From positions 330,433 through 394,432 of the forward strand of contig CAWAPZ010000005.1 in NCBI GenBank assembly GCA_963784045.1: a stretch of DNA of 64,000 nucleotides, in the 5' to 3' direction. A model generated the notes under the pieces. The model worked only from the letters and a program-made list of their open reading frames with translations, was not told where the DNA came from and searched no databases. Every line of letters begins with the position of its first letter. The stretch's first letter is position 1. Below, piece by piece: positions 1 to 10,291 of the stretch. This stretch comes from Vicinamibacterales bacterium. Lineage in GTDB: Bacteria > Acidobacteriota > Vicinamibacteria > Vicinamibacterales > JAMQPK01. Made by a program: the position numbers and the translations under genes.

Positions 1-999
1 GTGCCGCTCGCGCTGCGTCAGCAGGAAGTCGATCGTCAGATCGATACCCTCGACCGCCGCGTGCTGCTCGCCGCTGTGTTGTTCGCGCTGCTCGGCGCGG
101 GGATCGGCTACTACATGGCGGAGCGCATCGGCGATCCGGTAAGCCGGTTGACGCGCGCGACACGCCGCATCGCCAGAGGCGACTTCAGCGCGCGGGTCGC
201 GGAGACATCCTCTGACGAGCTGCGCAGGCTCGTCGCCGACTTCAATCGCATGGCGGGCGACCTCGAGCGCCAGCGCAACGAACTGCAGCGCACGCATCGC
301 CTCGAAGCGTGGGCCGAAATGGCGCGCCAGGTCGCTCACGAGATCAAGAATCCGCTCACGCCGATTCAGCTGTCGTCCGAGCACCTGATGCGGGTAAACA
401 AGGACAAGGGGGAGCCGCTGACGCCGGTGCTCGAGGAGTGCGTCACGTCCATCCTTTCGCAGGTGAAGCTGCTGCGGCAGATCTCGGCCGAGTTCTCGAG
501 CTTCGCCTCGCGCCCCACTCCGCACCCGACACCGACCTCGTTGGCCGAGCTGATCCCGTCGGTCGTGGAGCCCTACATCACAGGGCTCGCCGGTCGGGTG
601 ACGATTGAGGTCGACGTCGCCGCGTCGCTGCCGATGGTCGTCGTCGATCGCGTGTTGCTGGCGCGCGCGATTACCAACATGATGGAGAACGCATTGCACG
701 CGATGCCCGGCGGGGGCACGCTGACGATCAAGGCAGAAGCGCGGCCGGCGTACGTGCGATTGTCGGTCGCGGACACCGGCACCGGCATGGATCCCGAAGC
801 GCTCCGCCGCATATTCGAGCCCTACTTCTCGACGAAGGCGACGGGAACGGGACTCGGACTGACGATTGCGAAGCGGAATGTCGAATTGAACGGCGGACGG
901 ATACACGTGGAGTCTGCGCTGGGAAGAGGGACGACGGTGACGATAGAGCTTCCGGTCGGTGAAAGCAGTAGCGAAAAAGGCACAACGAAAATCGAATAG
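1..999 (+). CDS. Sensor histidine kinase (NtrY-like; TM-HAMP-HisKA-HATPase), 5' truncated by the window
   Basis: TM segment, HAMP, H-box VAHEIKNPLTPI, N-box NMMENA, G1 DTGTG, F-box FEPYFSTK, G2 GTGLGL. Confidence 0.93.
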   Translation: MPLALRQQEVDRQIDTLDRRVLLAAVLFALLGAGIGYYMAERIGDPVSRLTRATRRIARGDFSARVAETSSDELRRLVADFNRMAGDLERQRNELQRTHRLEAWAEMARQVAHEIKNPLTPIQLSSEHLMRVNKDKGEPLTPVLEECVTSILSQVKLLRQISAEFSSFASRPTPHPTPTSLAELIPSVVEPYITGLAGRVTIEVDVAASLPMVVVDRVLLARAITNMMENALHAMPGGGTLTIKAEARPAYVRLSVADTGTGMDPEALRRIFEPYFSTKATGTGLGLTIAKRNVELNGGRIHVESALGRGTTVTIELPVGESSSEKGTTKIE

Positions 1000-1050
1000 A
1001 GCGCGTCACGCGCTATTTCGCTTTTCGTTATTCGTTTTTCGCTTTTCTTT
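973..1050. repeat. Heptamer-repeat hairpin (TTTTCGC/TATTCGT units) between convergent genes; probable bidirectional terminator
   Basis: Core inverted repeat cgaatagagcgcg-tca-cgcgctatttcg plus tandem 7-mers overlapping both gene ends. Confidence 0.6.
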
Positions 1051-1849
1051 CTTCGCCCATCGCCATCGGGTACACGTTAGGCGCAGCCAGTTGCGGCGTC
1101 TCCGCCTTTCCATGGTGCCACTTGGCCATCAGCATTTCGAAAAAGGCCGACAACATGTACCCATAGGACAGCGTCACGAGCGCGAGCGCGGGATGCGCGG
1201 ACACGAACGCGATCAGCAGCGCAATCACCAGGAGCACCGTGTACGACCGCCGCGCCTGCAGATCGAACGTCTTGAAGCTGCGGAATTTGACCGTGCTCAC
1301 CATCAAAAAGGCAGGCACGAGAACCACCGCGAGCACGGGAATCGCTCCGACCGGTTCCTGGAAGCCTGATGGGTACGCAAAGATCATCGAGGCGGGAACG
1401 GTCGCGGCCGCCGGACTCGGCATGCCGACGAAGTACCGCTTGTCCACCGATCCGGCCTGGATGTTGAACCGGGCGAGCCGCATGGCCGCGGCTGTGACGT
1501 AGACGAACCCGGCCGCCCATCCCCAGTTACCCAGCGACGTCAGGCCCCACGAAAACGTCAGAATCGCGGGCGCAATGCCGAACGACACGATATCGGCGAG
1601 CGAATCGAATTGCAGCCCGAACTCGCTGGTCGTCCCGGTAAGGCGTGCGATGCGGCCGTCGAGCGTGTCGAGCACCATCGCGATGCCGACAAACGGCGCC
1701 GCAATCGCGTATTCGCCACGCATCGCGTAAATGACGCATGCGTATCCACAGAACAGGTTGCCCAGCGTCATCAGACTGGGCAGCAGATACACGCCTCGCC
1801 GCAACCGCCGCTGTTGAACGTCGGTGCGCCGCCGATGAGGACCTAACAT
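1028..1849 (-). CDS. pssA: CDP-diacylglycerol--serine O-phosphatidyltransferase
   Basis: CDP-alcohol phosphotransferase motif DGRIARLTGTTSEFGLQFDSLADIVSFG; RLARFN; FVGMPSP; adjacent to psd. Confidence 0.95.
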   Translation of the reverse strand: MLGPHRRRTDVQQRRLRRGVYLLPSLMTLGNLFCGYACVIYAMRGEYAIAAPFVGIAMVLDTLDGRIARLTGTTSEFGLQFDSLADIVSFGIAPAILTFSWGLTSLGNWGWAAGFVYVTAAAMRLARFNIQAGSVDKRYFVGMPSPAAATVPASMIFAYPSGFQEPVGAIPVLAVVLVPAFLMVSTVKFRSFKTFDLQARRSYTVLLVIALLIAFVSAHPALALVTLSYGYMLSAFFEMLMAKWHHGKAETPQLAAPNVYPMAMGEERKAKNE

Positions 1850-1859
1850 GATGTTGAGT

Positions 1860-2489
1860 CTATCGGATCAGGACCGCAATAACAGTAACTCCGCCGATGA
1901 CTGTATCGCCCACCTTCGCGTTGAGCTGTGCGTTGGGCGGCAGAAACACGTCCATGCGCGAGCCGAACTTCATGATTCCGAACCGCTCGCCGGCCTTCAC
2001 CTCGGCGCCCGGCTGCACACGGCAGACGACGCGCCGCGCGAGGATGCCGACGATCTGCCGAAAGACGACCGGCAGGCCGCCGTGATCAACCCACACCTCG
2101 CTCCGTTCGTTCGCCGCCGCGGCATCTGTGTGATATGCGGGCAGGAACCGGCCCTTGCGAAAGGCGACTTTCGTGACTCGGCCGGAAACCGGGCTGCGGT
2201 TGACGTGCACATCGGTCGGAGAAAGGAAAATGCTGACTTGCGTCCAATCGCCGGGCGGCGCGGCCCTGGGATCGGCTGGTCCGGCGACCAGCACACGGCC
2301 ATCGGCCGGCGACAGCACCAGGTTCGCGTCCTGCGGCGAGACGCGGTCGGGATCGCGGAAGAAATACAGGAAAAACGCGGCGAGGATCAAGAGTGGCACG
2401 GCGCCGAGGGAGCCAACGGTCGCAGCCGCCGCTACCGCAAGAACTGCCGTGCCACCGATGAACGGATAACCTGCGCGATCGATCGTCAC
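1860..2489 (-). CDS. psd: Phosphatidylserine decarboxylase proenzyme (short type)
   Basis: FFRDPDR, SPADG, DVHVNRSP, pyruvoyl cleavage motif KFGSRMD. Confidence 0.95.
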   Translation of the reverse strand: MTIDRAGYPFIGGTAVLAVAAAATVGSLGAVPLLILAAFFLYFFRDPDRVSPQDANLVLSPADGRVLVAGPADPRAAPPGDWTQVSIFLSPTDVHVNRSPVSGRVTKVAFRKGRFLPAYHTDAAAANERSEVWVDHGGLPVVFRQIVGILARRVVCRVQPGAEVKAGERFGIMKFGSRMDVFLPPNAQLNAKVGDTVIGGVTVIAVLIR

Positions 2490-2513
2490 GCGACGATCTT
2501 AATCCCGAATCAA

Positions 2514-2780
2514 TTAGTGCGAGATGGCGGACGCCGACGCAAACGGACCAGACGCCTCGCCGCGGTGACGGCGCAGAATATCTTCCATCCTGTCTTTGAG
2601 TTGGAGCTTGCGTTTCTTGAGAGTGACTTCTTCGACTTGCTCGGGCTCGCTCAGGTAAGGCTTGCCAGAAAGCTGGTGGAGGCGATCGTCGAGTTCGTGA
2701 TGCTGGGTTGCGAGTTGACGGAACTCCTCGTCAGTCTTGAGGAGAAGCTCCTTCAACTCCTGGACATTTGCCGTTTGCAT
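2514..2780 (-). CDS. YdcH/DUF465-family small coiled-coil protein
   Basis: HHELDDRL...LKKRKLQLKD signature; AGGAGG RBS upstream. Confidence 0.8.
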   Translation of the reverse strand: MQTANVQELKELLLKTDEEFRQLATQHHELDDRLHQLSGKPYLSEPEQVEEVTLKKRKLQLKDRMEDILRRHRGEASGPFASASAISH

Positions 2781-2860
2781 GCCCGGCCTCCTTATTGAGA
2801 GGAAGAGTTGGGTTCATCAGAATCGAACCGTAGCACAAAGCGCACGGCCCGTTCAAGACA

Positions 2861-3325
2861 TCATCGTAACGTTTTCAGTGCTCCTCTCCATAGGATAAGC
2901 GCATCTTCCGGCGGGCTCACATAATAATTCGGGCGCGTGGCAGCCACCTCGAACCCGAGGCGCTCGTAGAGGCGCCGGGCAGGGGCATTCGAGCGGCGCA
3001 CTTCCAGCGTCGCGCGGTCGGCTCCGCGGCTGGCGCCGGACTGGATGACGTGTTCGAGGAGCGCGGTCCCCACTCCCCGCCCACGAAAATCCCCCCGAAC
3101 CGCGAGATTGTTGATGTGGACCTCGTCCAGGACGAGCCAAAACGAACAAAACGCGACAACTCCCTCTTCGGGTAGGCGCAGGACATACAAGAAAGATACG
3201 TCCGGATTCTGCAGCTCACGGACATACATCTCGCGCGTCCATGGATTGCTGAAAGACGCCCGCTCTATAGCGACGATCGCATCCAGATCGCGTGTCGATA
3301 GAGTGCGTTCGATAGTCCACGTCAT
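2861..3325 (-). CDS. rimI: Ribosomal protein S18 alanine N-acetyltransferase (GNAT)
   Basis: IERASFSNPW, HINNLAV, RGRGVG, LEVRRSN, RPNYY; ATG at 3325 overlaps the tsaB stop (ATGA), so the true start is shorter than the ORF-track call. Confidence 0.92.
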   Translation of the reverse strand: MTWTIERTLSTRDLDAIVAIERASFSNPWTREMYVRELQNPDVSFLYVLRLPEEGVVAFCSFWLVLDEVHINNLAVRGDFRGRGVGTALLEHVIQSGASRGADRATLEVRRSNAPARRLYERLGFEVAATRPNYYVSPPEDALILWRGALKTLR

Positions 3326-4062
3326 TCCGAAGTTGTGCCGACCCGAAGGGCGGTCTTGCCGTCGCGGACCAGCTCTGCGTCGGACCGCCTCACGTAGATT
3401 GGCCGGATCGCGTCGGGCGTCGACGCGCCGCGTCCTCGCAGGGCCGCTTCGGCCAGCGCCGCGATGGTGGGAGCGAGCGCCGGCGGCTCGATGAGGCGCG
3501 CCTCCGAGTCGGCATCGAGAATCAACGACTGATAGAGAAGTGCGCCGTCGCCTGCGTACACCACCGGTCGCCTGCTCTGGTGCGCCCATCGTCCAAGTAT
3601 GTCGGCCGGCTTGTCGGCCAGCGCGGGCTCGACCAGAGCGCCATTTCTGTACAGCGCCGAATAGACCTGGCCGCGTTGAGCATCCATCCAAATGGCCACT
3701 TCGATGACAGGCCCGACGGCGGCGGCAGAGCTGAGCGCTGACGGCTGAGAGCGGACCGCGTCATGTATCGCATCGAGTGCGGAGATCCCGACGAGCGACT
3801 TACGGTTGGCCAGCGCAAGGCCTTGCATAGTCGCGATCCCGATGCGCATTCCGGTGAACGATCCCGGCCCCGCCGCGACGGCGAACAGCTCCACATCTGC
3901 GATGCGCAGACCATGCGCGTCCAGCAGACGCACGAGATCGCCTGGCAATCGCACGCCATGTGTCACAGCGGCATCACCGGCGAAAAGCGCCAGCGTGGCG
4001 CCGTCACGCGCGATCGCAACGCTGCCCTGCCGGGTAGTCGTGTCGAGAGCAAGCACCAGCAT
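3322..4062 (-). CDS. tsaB: tRNA threonylcarbamoyladenosine biosynthesis protein TsaB
   Basis: [31 protein letters not shown]; canonical tsaB-rimI order. Confidence 0.95.
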   Translation of the reverse strand: MLVLALDTTTRQGSVAIARDGATLALFAGDAAVTHGVRLPGDLVRLLDAHGLRIADVELFAVAAGPGSFTGMRIGIATMQGLALANRKSLVGISALDAIHDAVRSQPSALSSAAAVGPVIEVAIWMDAQRGQVYSALYRNGALVEPALADKPADILGRWAHQSRRPVVYAGDGALLYQSLILDADSEARLIEPPALAPTIAALAEAALRGRGASTPDAIRPIYVRRSDAELVRDGKTALRVGTTSE

Positions 4063-4079
4063 GTAAAATTCAATTCTAC

Positions 4080-6751
4080 ATGCCTACCCCCTCCCCCGCA
4101 GGGCACGCCACGAACGTCACGCCGGCGATGCGGCAGTATCTCGACGCGAAACAGCAGTATCGCGACGCGATTCTGTTTTTCCGCATGGGGGACTTCTACG
4201 AGATGTTCTATGAGGACGCGCTGGTCGCAGCCCGCGCGCTCGATCTGACACTGACATCCCGCTCGAGAGACGGCCAGGGCACGTCGATTCCCATGTGCGG
4301 TGTTCCGCATCATGCCCTGGACACGTACCTCGCGCGCCTGGTGAAGAAAGGCTTCCGCGTCGCCATCTGCGATCAGGTCGAGGATCCGAAAAAAGCCAAG
4401 GGCATCGTCAAACGCGAAATCGTGCGCGTGGTGTCTCCGGGTACGCTGACCGACTCGCAGCACCTCGATGAGCGCGCACCTGCTTTTCTCCTGTCGCTGT
4501 TTTTGGGGTCTGACCCCGTACAGTGCGGGGGTCAGACCCCATAGTTGGCGTGGCGCTCCTGGACGTGACGACGGGTGAGTTTTCATGCGCCGAATACGCC
4601 GGCAAGGCCGGACTGCAGGCACTTGCTGACGAAGTGATGGTGCTGAGGCCGCGTGAGATTGTCGCCGCTGTCGATCTCGACCTGACCCATGTCCTGCTCG
4701 ACGGGGTGGGTGATCGGTTGCCGGTCACCCGCGTCGAATCGTGGACGTTCGAGCACGAATCCGCACGACGCACGCTGCTCGATCAGTTCCGGACGACTGG
4801 CCTCGAGGGATTCGGTCTCGACGGCCGCCCGTCGGCCGTGTCGGCCGCAGGAGGCCTTCTCTCGTACCTGCGCGACACGCAGAAAGCCGACCTCGCACAC
4901 GTCCGCAGCATCGCGTACAAGACGTCGGCCGATTGCCTTCTGATCGACGCCGTCACGCTGAAGCATCTCGAAATTGTCGAGTCGATGGACGGCGGCTCCG
5001 AGGGCACCCTGCTTCACGAGATCGACCGCACGATTACTGCCATGGCTGGACGGCTGCTGCGTGCCTGGCTTCTGCGGCCGCTCGTCTCGCTCGATCGAAT
5101 TCGTGATCGTCTCGACGCCGTCGAGGAGTTCGCATTTCGCAGCACCGACCGGGGCAAGTTTCGGGAAGCCTTGAAAAGTGTCCAGGACCTCGAGCGTCTT
5201 GTCGCGCGCGCTGCGCTCGGCAATGCCGGACCGCGCGATCTGGTCGGCCTGAAGCAGTCGATTGCGGTCGTACCGCGTGTCCGTCTGCTCCTCGACGGAT
5301 TCGAAGCGCCGCTGACGCGTTCGCTCGTGAGCGCGCTGGACGATCTCATCGACGTGCGCGACGACATCGACCGCAGCCTCATCGACGATCCCGGTGCGCT
5401 GGTTCGCGACGGCGGGTACATCCGCGACGGCTTCGACGCCGAAATCGACGACCTGCGTCATATCAGCCGTTCTGGCAAACAGGTGATCGCCGAACTGGAA
5501 GAACGCGAACGCGCTCGGACCGGCATCAACTCGCTGAAGGTCCGTTACAACCGCGTCTTCGGGTACTACATCGAGATTTCGAAATCGAATCTGCACGCGG
5601 TGCCCGCGGACTACCTCCGGAAGCAGACGATCGCCGGCGGCGAGCGCTTCATCACGCCCGCACTGAAGGAATACGAAGAGAAGGTCCTCGGCGCCGACGA
5701 GCGTATTCTCGAACGGGAGATGGCGCTGTGCGAACAGCTGCGCGCGCGCGTGGCGGCCGAATCGACCCGCATTCAGGAAACCGCGCGCGCCCTGGCGTCG
5801 CTCGACACCGTCGGCGGCCTCGCGGAGACCGCCGCCCTCTCGAACTACATCAAGCCCCACGTTCACGACAGCGACGAACTGTCTGTCGTCGACGGGCGCC
5901 ACCCCGTCGTCGAACGGCGGTGCAATGGCGCGTTTGTGCCGAACGACACAGCGCTGGACGGCACGTCAACCCAGCTCGTGATTCTCACGGGCCCGAACAT
6001 GGGCGGCAAATCGACGTACCTGCGGCAGACAGCGCTCATCTGTCTGATGGCCCAGGCGGGTTCGTTCGTCCCAGCGACACGGGCCAAAATCGGCATAGTC
6101 GACCGAATCTACGCGCGCGTGGGCGCCTCGGACAACATCACGCGCGGGCAGTCGACATTCATGGTCGAGATGCAGGAGACGGCCAACATTCTCCACGGCG
6201 CGACGTCGAAAAGCCTGGTGGTGCTCGATGAAATTGGACGCGGCACGGCAACCTTTGACGGCCTCAGCATCGCGTGGGCGGTGGCGGAGTATCTCGCGAC
6301 GAACCAGCGCGGCCGGCCTAAGACGCTTTTCGCCACCCACTATCACGAACTGACGGATCTCGCGGACGCTCTGCCAGGGATTGTCAACGCCCACGTCGCG
6401 GCGCGCGAGTGGCAGGAGGGCATCGTCTTTCTACATAAGATCGTGCCTGGACGATCGGATCGCAGCTATGGGATTCAGGTCGCCCGTCTCGCGGGCATGC
6501 CCGCGCCTGTCATCAAACGGGCGCGGGCAATTCTCGAAGCGCTCGAGCACGACGAACTGACGCGCGGTGGACGGCCGTCTATCAGCGGCACGCCATCGGA
6601 ACCGCAGCAACAGCTGGGGCTGTTTCAAATGGCATCGAAGGATCCGGCCGCCGAGAAGCTTGCGCAACGCCTGCGCGATGCCGACCCGAATAACATGACG
6701 CCCCTGCAAGCGTTAGCGCTGTTGGCAGACCTGAAGAAAGAGCTGGAGTGA
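4080..6751 (+). pseudogene. mutS: DNA mismatch repair protein MutS, split into two ORFs (4080-4544 and 4523-6751) by a frameshift (real or assembly error)
   Basis: N-part [24 protein letters not shown]; C-part DVTTGEF, TGPNMGGKST, STFMVEM, DEIGRGT, ATHYHEL, SYGIQVA; adding one base between 4514 and 4541 rejoins the frames. Confidence 0.9.
4505..4540. repeat. REP-like palindromic doublet GGGGTCTGACCCC-N10-GGGGTCAGACCCC inside mutS
   Basis: Two 13-bp self-palindromic units that are also reverse complements of each other. Confidence 0.85.
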
Positions 6752-8253
6752 GATTTCTTCTTCCGGCGCTGCTGTTGCTGACGGCAGCCTGCTCTCAGCC
6801 GGCGCCCGAACCCGGCATCATCACAGTCGCTATCCCGGTCTCCCCCAACAACCTGGACCCGCGATACGGAACCGATGAGAACTCCGCGCGGGCGCAGGAA
6901 CTGATCTTCAATGACCTCCTGCGCTGGGACGATCAGACACGGCTCGCGCCCGGCCTCGCCGTTTCGTGGGACACGACGGATCACCAAACATATCGGATCC
7001 GGCTGCGCGAGGGCGTTCGCTTCCACGACGGCCATGAGCTGACATCTGCGGATGTCGTGTTCACGTTCACGAGCATGCTCGATCCAGCCTTCGCCTCGCC
7101 ATGGCGCGGCGCGCTTCGCGATCTCGCCTCGGTCGTGCCGATCGATCGGTACACCGTCGACTTCGTGCTGAAGCAGCCATCCGGCTCGTTCCTTCCCAAT
7201 CTCGTGTTCAAGATCGTGCCCGCCGGCGCGGGACGTGAGCTTCGAGATCGCCCCGTCGGCACCGGCCCGTACGAGTTCGTCTCCTACACCGTCGACGACC
7301 GACTCGAAATGCGGGCGTTTCGGGAATACTTCGATGGCCTCCCGCGCAACCGCGGCATCGTCATGAAGATTGTGCCGGACGACATCATGCGCGGGCTGGA
7401 ACTGCGCAAGGCGACCTCCGATCTCGTCGTCAACGATCTCCCGCCTGACATGGTGTACCAGCTCGAACGCGACGGGCTCGCGCTGACCAGATCTCCTGGC
7501 GTCGACTACCAATACATCGGCTTCAACCTCCGTGACCCCATCTTGAAGGACGTCCGCGTGCGGCAGGCGATCGGTTACGCGATCGATCGACAGGCCATCG
7601 TTGATTACCTGCGCCGCGGTCTCGCAACGGTGGCCGACAGCATGCTGCCGCCCGCCAACTGGGCGCACGACCCTGCTGTCGTCGTGTTCGACTATGACCC
7701 CGAGCGCGCGAAAGCGCTCCTCGACGAAGCGGGTTACCTCGATCCCGACGGAAGTGGCCCGCGCCCACGTCTGTCGCTCGCCTACAAAACGACGAGCCTG
7801 GAGTACCCACGCCTCCAGGCGGCGGTGATCCAGCAGAACCTGCGTGACGTCGGCATCGACGTGGATGTGCGCTCGTACGAATTCGCGACACTGTATGCGG
7901 ACATCCTCAAGGGGAATTTCCAGATGTATGCGATGCAGTGGGTCGGCGGCGCACTGGCCGATCCGGATATTCTGCGCCGCGTCTTTCACTCTCAGCACGT
8001 GCCGCCCGCCGGCCTCAACCGGGGACACTTCAGTGACCCCGAAGTCGATCGCCTGATCGACAACGCGTCGAATGCCACCGATTACGAGGAGCGGCGCGAG
8101 CTGTACGGAAAAGTGCAGCAGCGGATCGCCGAAGCCGCGCCGTACATCAGTCTGTGGCATCGGACCAACTTTGCTTTGTCGCAACCGCCGCTCCACGGCG
8201 TTCACCTCTCTCCACAGGGCGACTTCACCTTCCTGCGAAACGTCTCGCGGTAG
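6748..8253 (+). CDS. ABC transporter substrate-binding lipoprotein (peptide/nickel family 5)
   Basis: Lipobox TAAC; LREGVRFHDGHELTSADVVFT; PVGTGPY; VRQAIGYAIDR. Confidence 0.92.
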   Translation: MRFLLPALLLLTAACSQPAPEPGIITVAIPVSPNNLDPRYGTDENSARAQELIFNDLLRWDDQTRLAPGLAVSWDTTDHQTYRIRLREGVRFHDGHELTSADVVFTFTSMLDPAFASPWRGALRDLASVVPIDRYTVDFVLKQPSGSFLPNLVFKIVPAGAGRELRDRPVGTGPYEFVSYTVDDRLEMRAFREYFDGLPRNRGIVMKIVPDDIMRGLELRKATSDLVVNDLPPDMVYQLERDGLALTRSPGVDYQYIGFNLRDPILKDVRVRQAIGYAIDRQAIVDYLRRGLATVADSMLPPANWAHDPAVVVFDYDPERAKALLDEAGYLDPDGSGPRPRLSLAYKTTSLEYPRLQAAVIQQNLRDVGIDVDVRSYEFATLYADILKGNFQMYAMQWVGGALADPDILRRVFHSQHVPPAGLNRGHFSDPEVDRLIDNASNATDYEERRELYGKVQQRIAEAAPYISLWHRTNFALSQPPLHGVHLSPQGDFTFLRNVSR

Positions 8254-8265
8254 AATCTTCTACGC

Positions 8266-9339
8266 ATGAAAAAGCGCTCCCGCTTCCTGCAGGTGCCGGT
8301 CGAGCCCTTCACCGTCGATCCAGAGGCGAAGGCAGACGAGCTTCTCGAAAAGATGGAGCGCATTTCGTTCCAGGGGCGCTCCCTCGGCGTCGCACACCGT
8401 GTCTGGCAGAAGATGCTCGAGGACGACGTCACGATCTTCATGGGGATGGCCGGCGCCCTCAGCGCGGGCGGTCTCCGCATGATCGTGGCGTACTTGATCG
8501 AGCACCGGTATATCGACTGCCTGGTATCGACGGGCGCCAACCTCTATCACGACCTGCACGAGACGCGCGGGCGCCACCATTATCTCGGCTCGGCCCGGGT
8601 AAACGATGCCGCGCTCGCCGACGATCGCATCGATCGCGTCTACGACACCTACGCCAGCGAGGAAGAGTTCTGCGACAACGATGTGTGGATCGGCGATTTC
8701 GTCGCGACCCTCGATCAGCGGCCGTACACGTCGCGGGAGTTCCTCAATCGCCTTGGCGCCCATCTCTGGAGCGAAACGCAACAGGACGGCATTCTCACGG
8801 CGGCATACCGCGCGGCTGTGCCGATCTTCTGCCCCGCGATTGCCGACTCGTCAATCGGCATGGGCCTCTCGCAAGGCCGCCACAAGCGGCCGGGATCGGG
8901 ACACATCGATGTCATCGGCGACATCATCGAGTCGGCCAACCTCGTCATCCGCAGGCCTCGAACGGCCACAATCGTGTTGGGTGGAGGTACGCCGAAGAAT
9001 TTCATCAATCAGGCGAGTGTGCAGGCGGAGTTCTTCAGTGCGGCGGTCGGTGGCCACAGGTATGCCCTCCAAATCGTGACGGACGTGCCACATTTCGGCG
9101 GGGCCTCGGGCTCGACGCTGGAGGAAGCGCAAAGCTGGGGCAAGCTTGCGACCGACGCGGCCCAGGTGACGGTCCACGCAGACGCGACGATCGCGCTGCC
9201 AATTCTCGCGACAGCGATGGCGCGCAGCTCGTCCGCGCTCGCCGCCAAGCGCAGCCGGCCCAATATCGATCCCGGCCAGCGCGAGATGCTGATCGACGGC
9301 AAATCGGTGTCGCGTGAGGCGTTCCAGGAGACGGAATGA
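8266..9339 (+). CDS. Deoxyhypusine synthase-like protein (probable homospermidine-pathway enzyme)
   Basis: STGANLYHD, FCPAIADSSIG, GGGTPKNF, GGASGST, EAQSWGK with the catalytic Lys. Confidence 0.9.
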   Translation: MKKRSRFLQVPVEPFTVDPEAKADELLEKMERISFQGRSLGVAHRVWQKMLEDDVTIFMGMAGALSAGGLRMIVAYLIEHRYIDCLVSTGANLYHDLHETRGRHHYLGSARVNDAALADDRIDRVYDTYASEEEFCDNDVWIGDFVATLDQRPYTSREFLNRLGAHLWSETQQDGILTAAYRAAVPIFCPAIADSSIGMGLSQGRHKRPGSGHIDVIGDIIESANLVIRRPRTATIVLGGGTPKNFINQASVQAEFFSAAVGGHRYALQIVTDVPHFGGASGSTLEEAQSWGKLATDAAQVTVHADATIALPILATAMARSSSALAAKRSRPNIDPGQREMLIDGKSVSREAFQETE

Positions 9340-10238
9340 GCAAGGGTCCGGTGCAATACGACTACATCGAGCCGCTGGCGTTTGGGGGCACGCTGCCCCA
9401 CCAGCCAACCTTTGAAAATGCAAAGGCGGTCATCCTCCCAGTCCCTCTCGAAAGCACCACTTCTTACGTGCCGGGCACGAGGAACGGGCCGCGAGAAATT
9501 CTCGTCGCGTCCTCGCATCTCGAGTTGTGGGACGAAGAGACGAACACCGACATCCATCCGATCGGCATCTACACGTTGCCCGAGATGGAGCTGCCCTTCG
9601 ACAACATGGAGGACATCATGTCCGAGATCGGCCGCGTCGCTGCGGCGATCCTGGAACACGATAAGTTTCCGATTGTCCTGGGCGGAGAGCACTCGATTAC
9701 GTCGCCCGTCGTCGGTGCCGTCGCGGCAAAATATCCGGGAGTGTCGGTGTTGCAGATTGACGCACACGCGGATCTTCGCGACATCTATATGGGCACGCGG
9801 TTCAACCATGCGTGCGCGATGCGCCGCGTCCTCGAACACGCTCCGTGCACCCAGGTCGGCATCCGCAGCCTGTCGACCGACGAGGCGAAGGCCGCCCCGA
9901 CGCTGCGGACAACGATTTTCTATGACGTCAACATGCGCCAGGACAAGAACTGGATTGCGAACGTCGTGGCGTCGCTGTCCGACAGGGTGTACATCACCAT
10001 CGACGTGGACGGCATGGACCCTGCCATCATGCCCGCGACCGGCACGCCCGAACCGGGGGGATTGAGCTGGTATGAAGTGCTGTCGCTGTTGCGCGCCGTC
10101 ATGACTCAGCGCACCGTTGTGGGGTGCGACATCGTCGAGCTCTCACCGCTCCCCGGTGTCGCCGCGCCGAACTTTCTCTGCGCGAAGCTGATTTACAAGA
10201 TCCTGACGTATCAGTTCGCGAAAACACGAACAGATTAA
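9336..10238 (+). CDS. speB: Agmatinase / ureohydrolase
   Basis: GGEHS, DAHADL, TIDVDGMDP, TGTPEPGG; ATGA-coupled to the DHS-like gene. Confidence 0.92.
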   Translation: MSKGPVQYDYIEPLAFGGTLPHQPTFENAKAVILPVPLESTTSYVPGTRNGPREILVASSHLELWDEETNTDIHPIGIYTLPEMELPFDNMEDIMSEIGRVAAAILEHDKFPIVLGGEHSITSPVVGAVAAKYPGVSVLQIDAHADLRDIYMGTRFNHACAMRRVLEHAPCTQVGIRSLSTDEAKAAPTLRTTIFYDVNMRQDKNWIANVVASLSDRVYITIDVDGMDPAIMPATGTPEPGGLSWYEVLSLLRAVMTQRTVVGCDIVELSPLPGVAAPNFLCAKLIYKILTYQFAKTRTD

Positions 10239-10291
10239 GAGGAATCTTTTCAAAATATTCTCCTAGCCTCCTAATCTCCTGTACATGAATT

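Noticed and set aside
2861-3691. 276-aa extended rimI ORF
   Set aside because: The N-terminal extension overlaps tsaB; the real start is the ATGA-coupled ATG at 3325.
4499-4513. Programmed -1 frameshift at the TTTTT run before the mutS hairpin
   Set aside because: The -1 frame has a TGA at 4511-13, so slippage there would not reach the downstream ORF.
4583-8205. Long minus-strand ORFs (439 aa, 526 aa) and many similar ORFs across the window
   Set aside because: Antisense shadows of real high-GC genes; no motifs or RBS.
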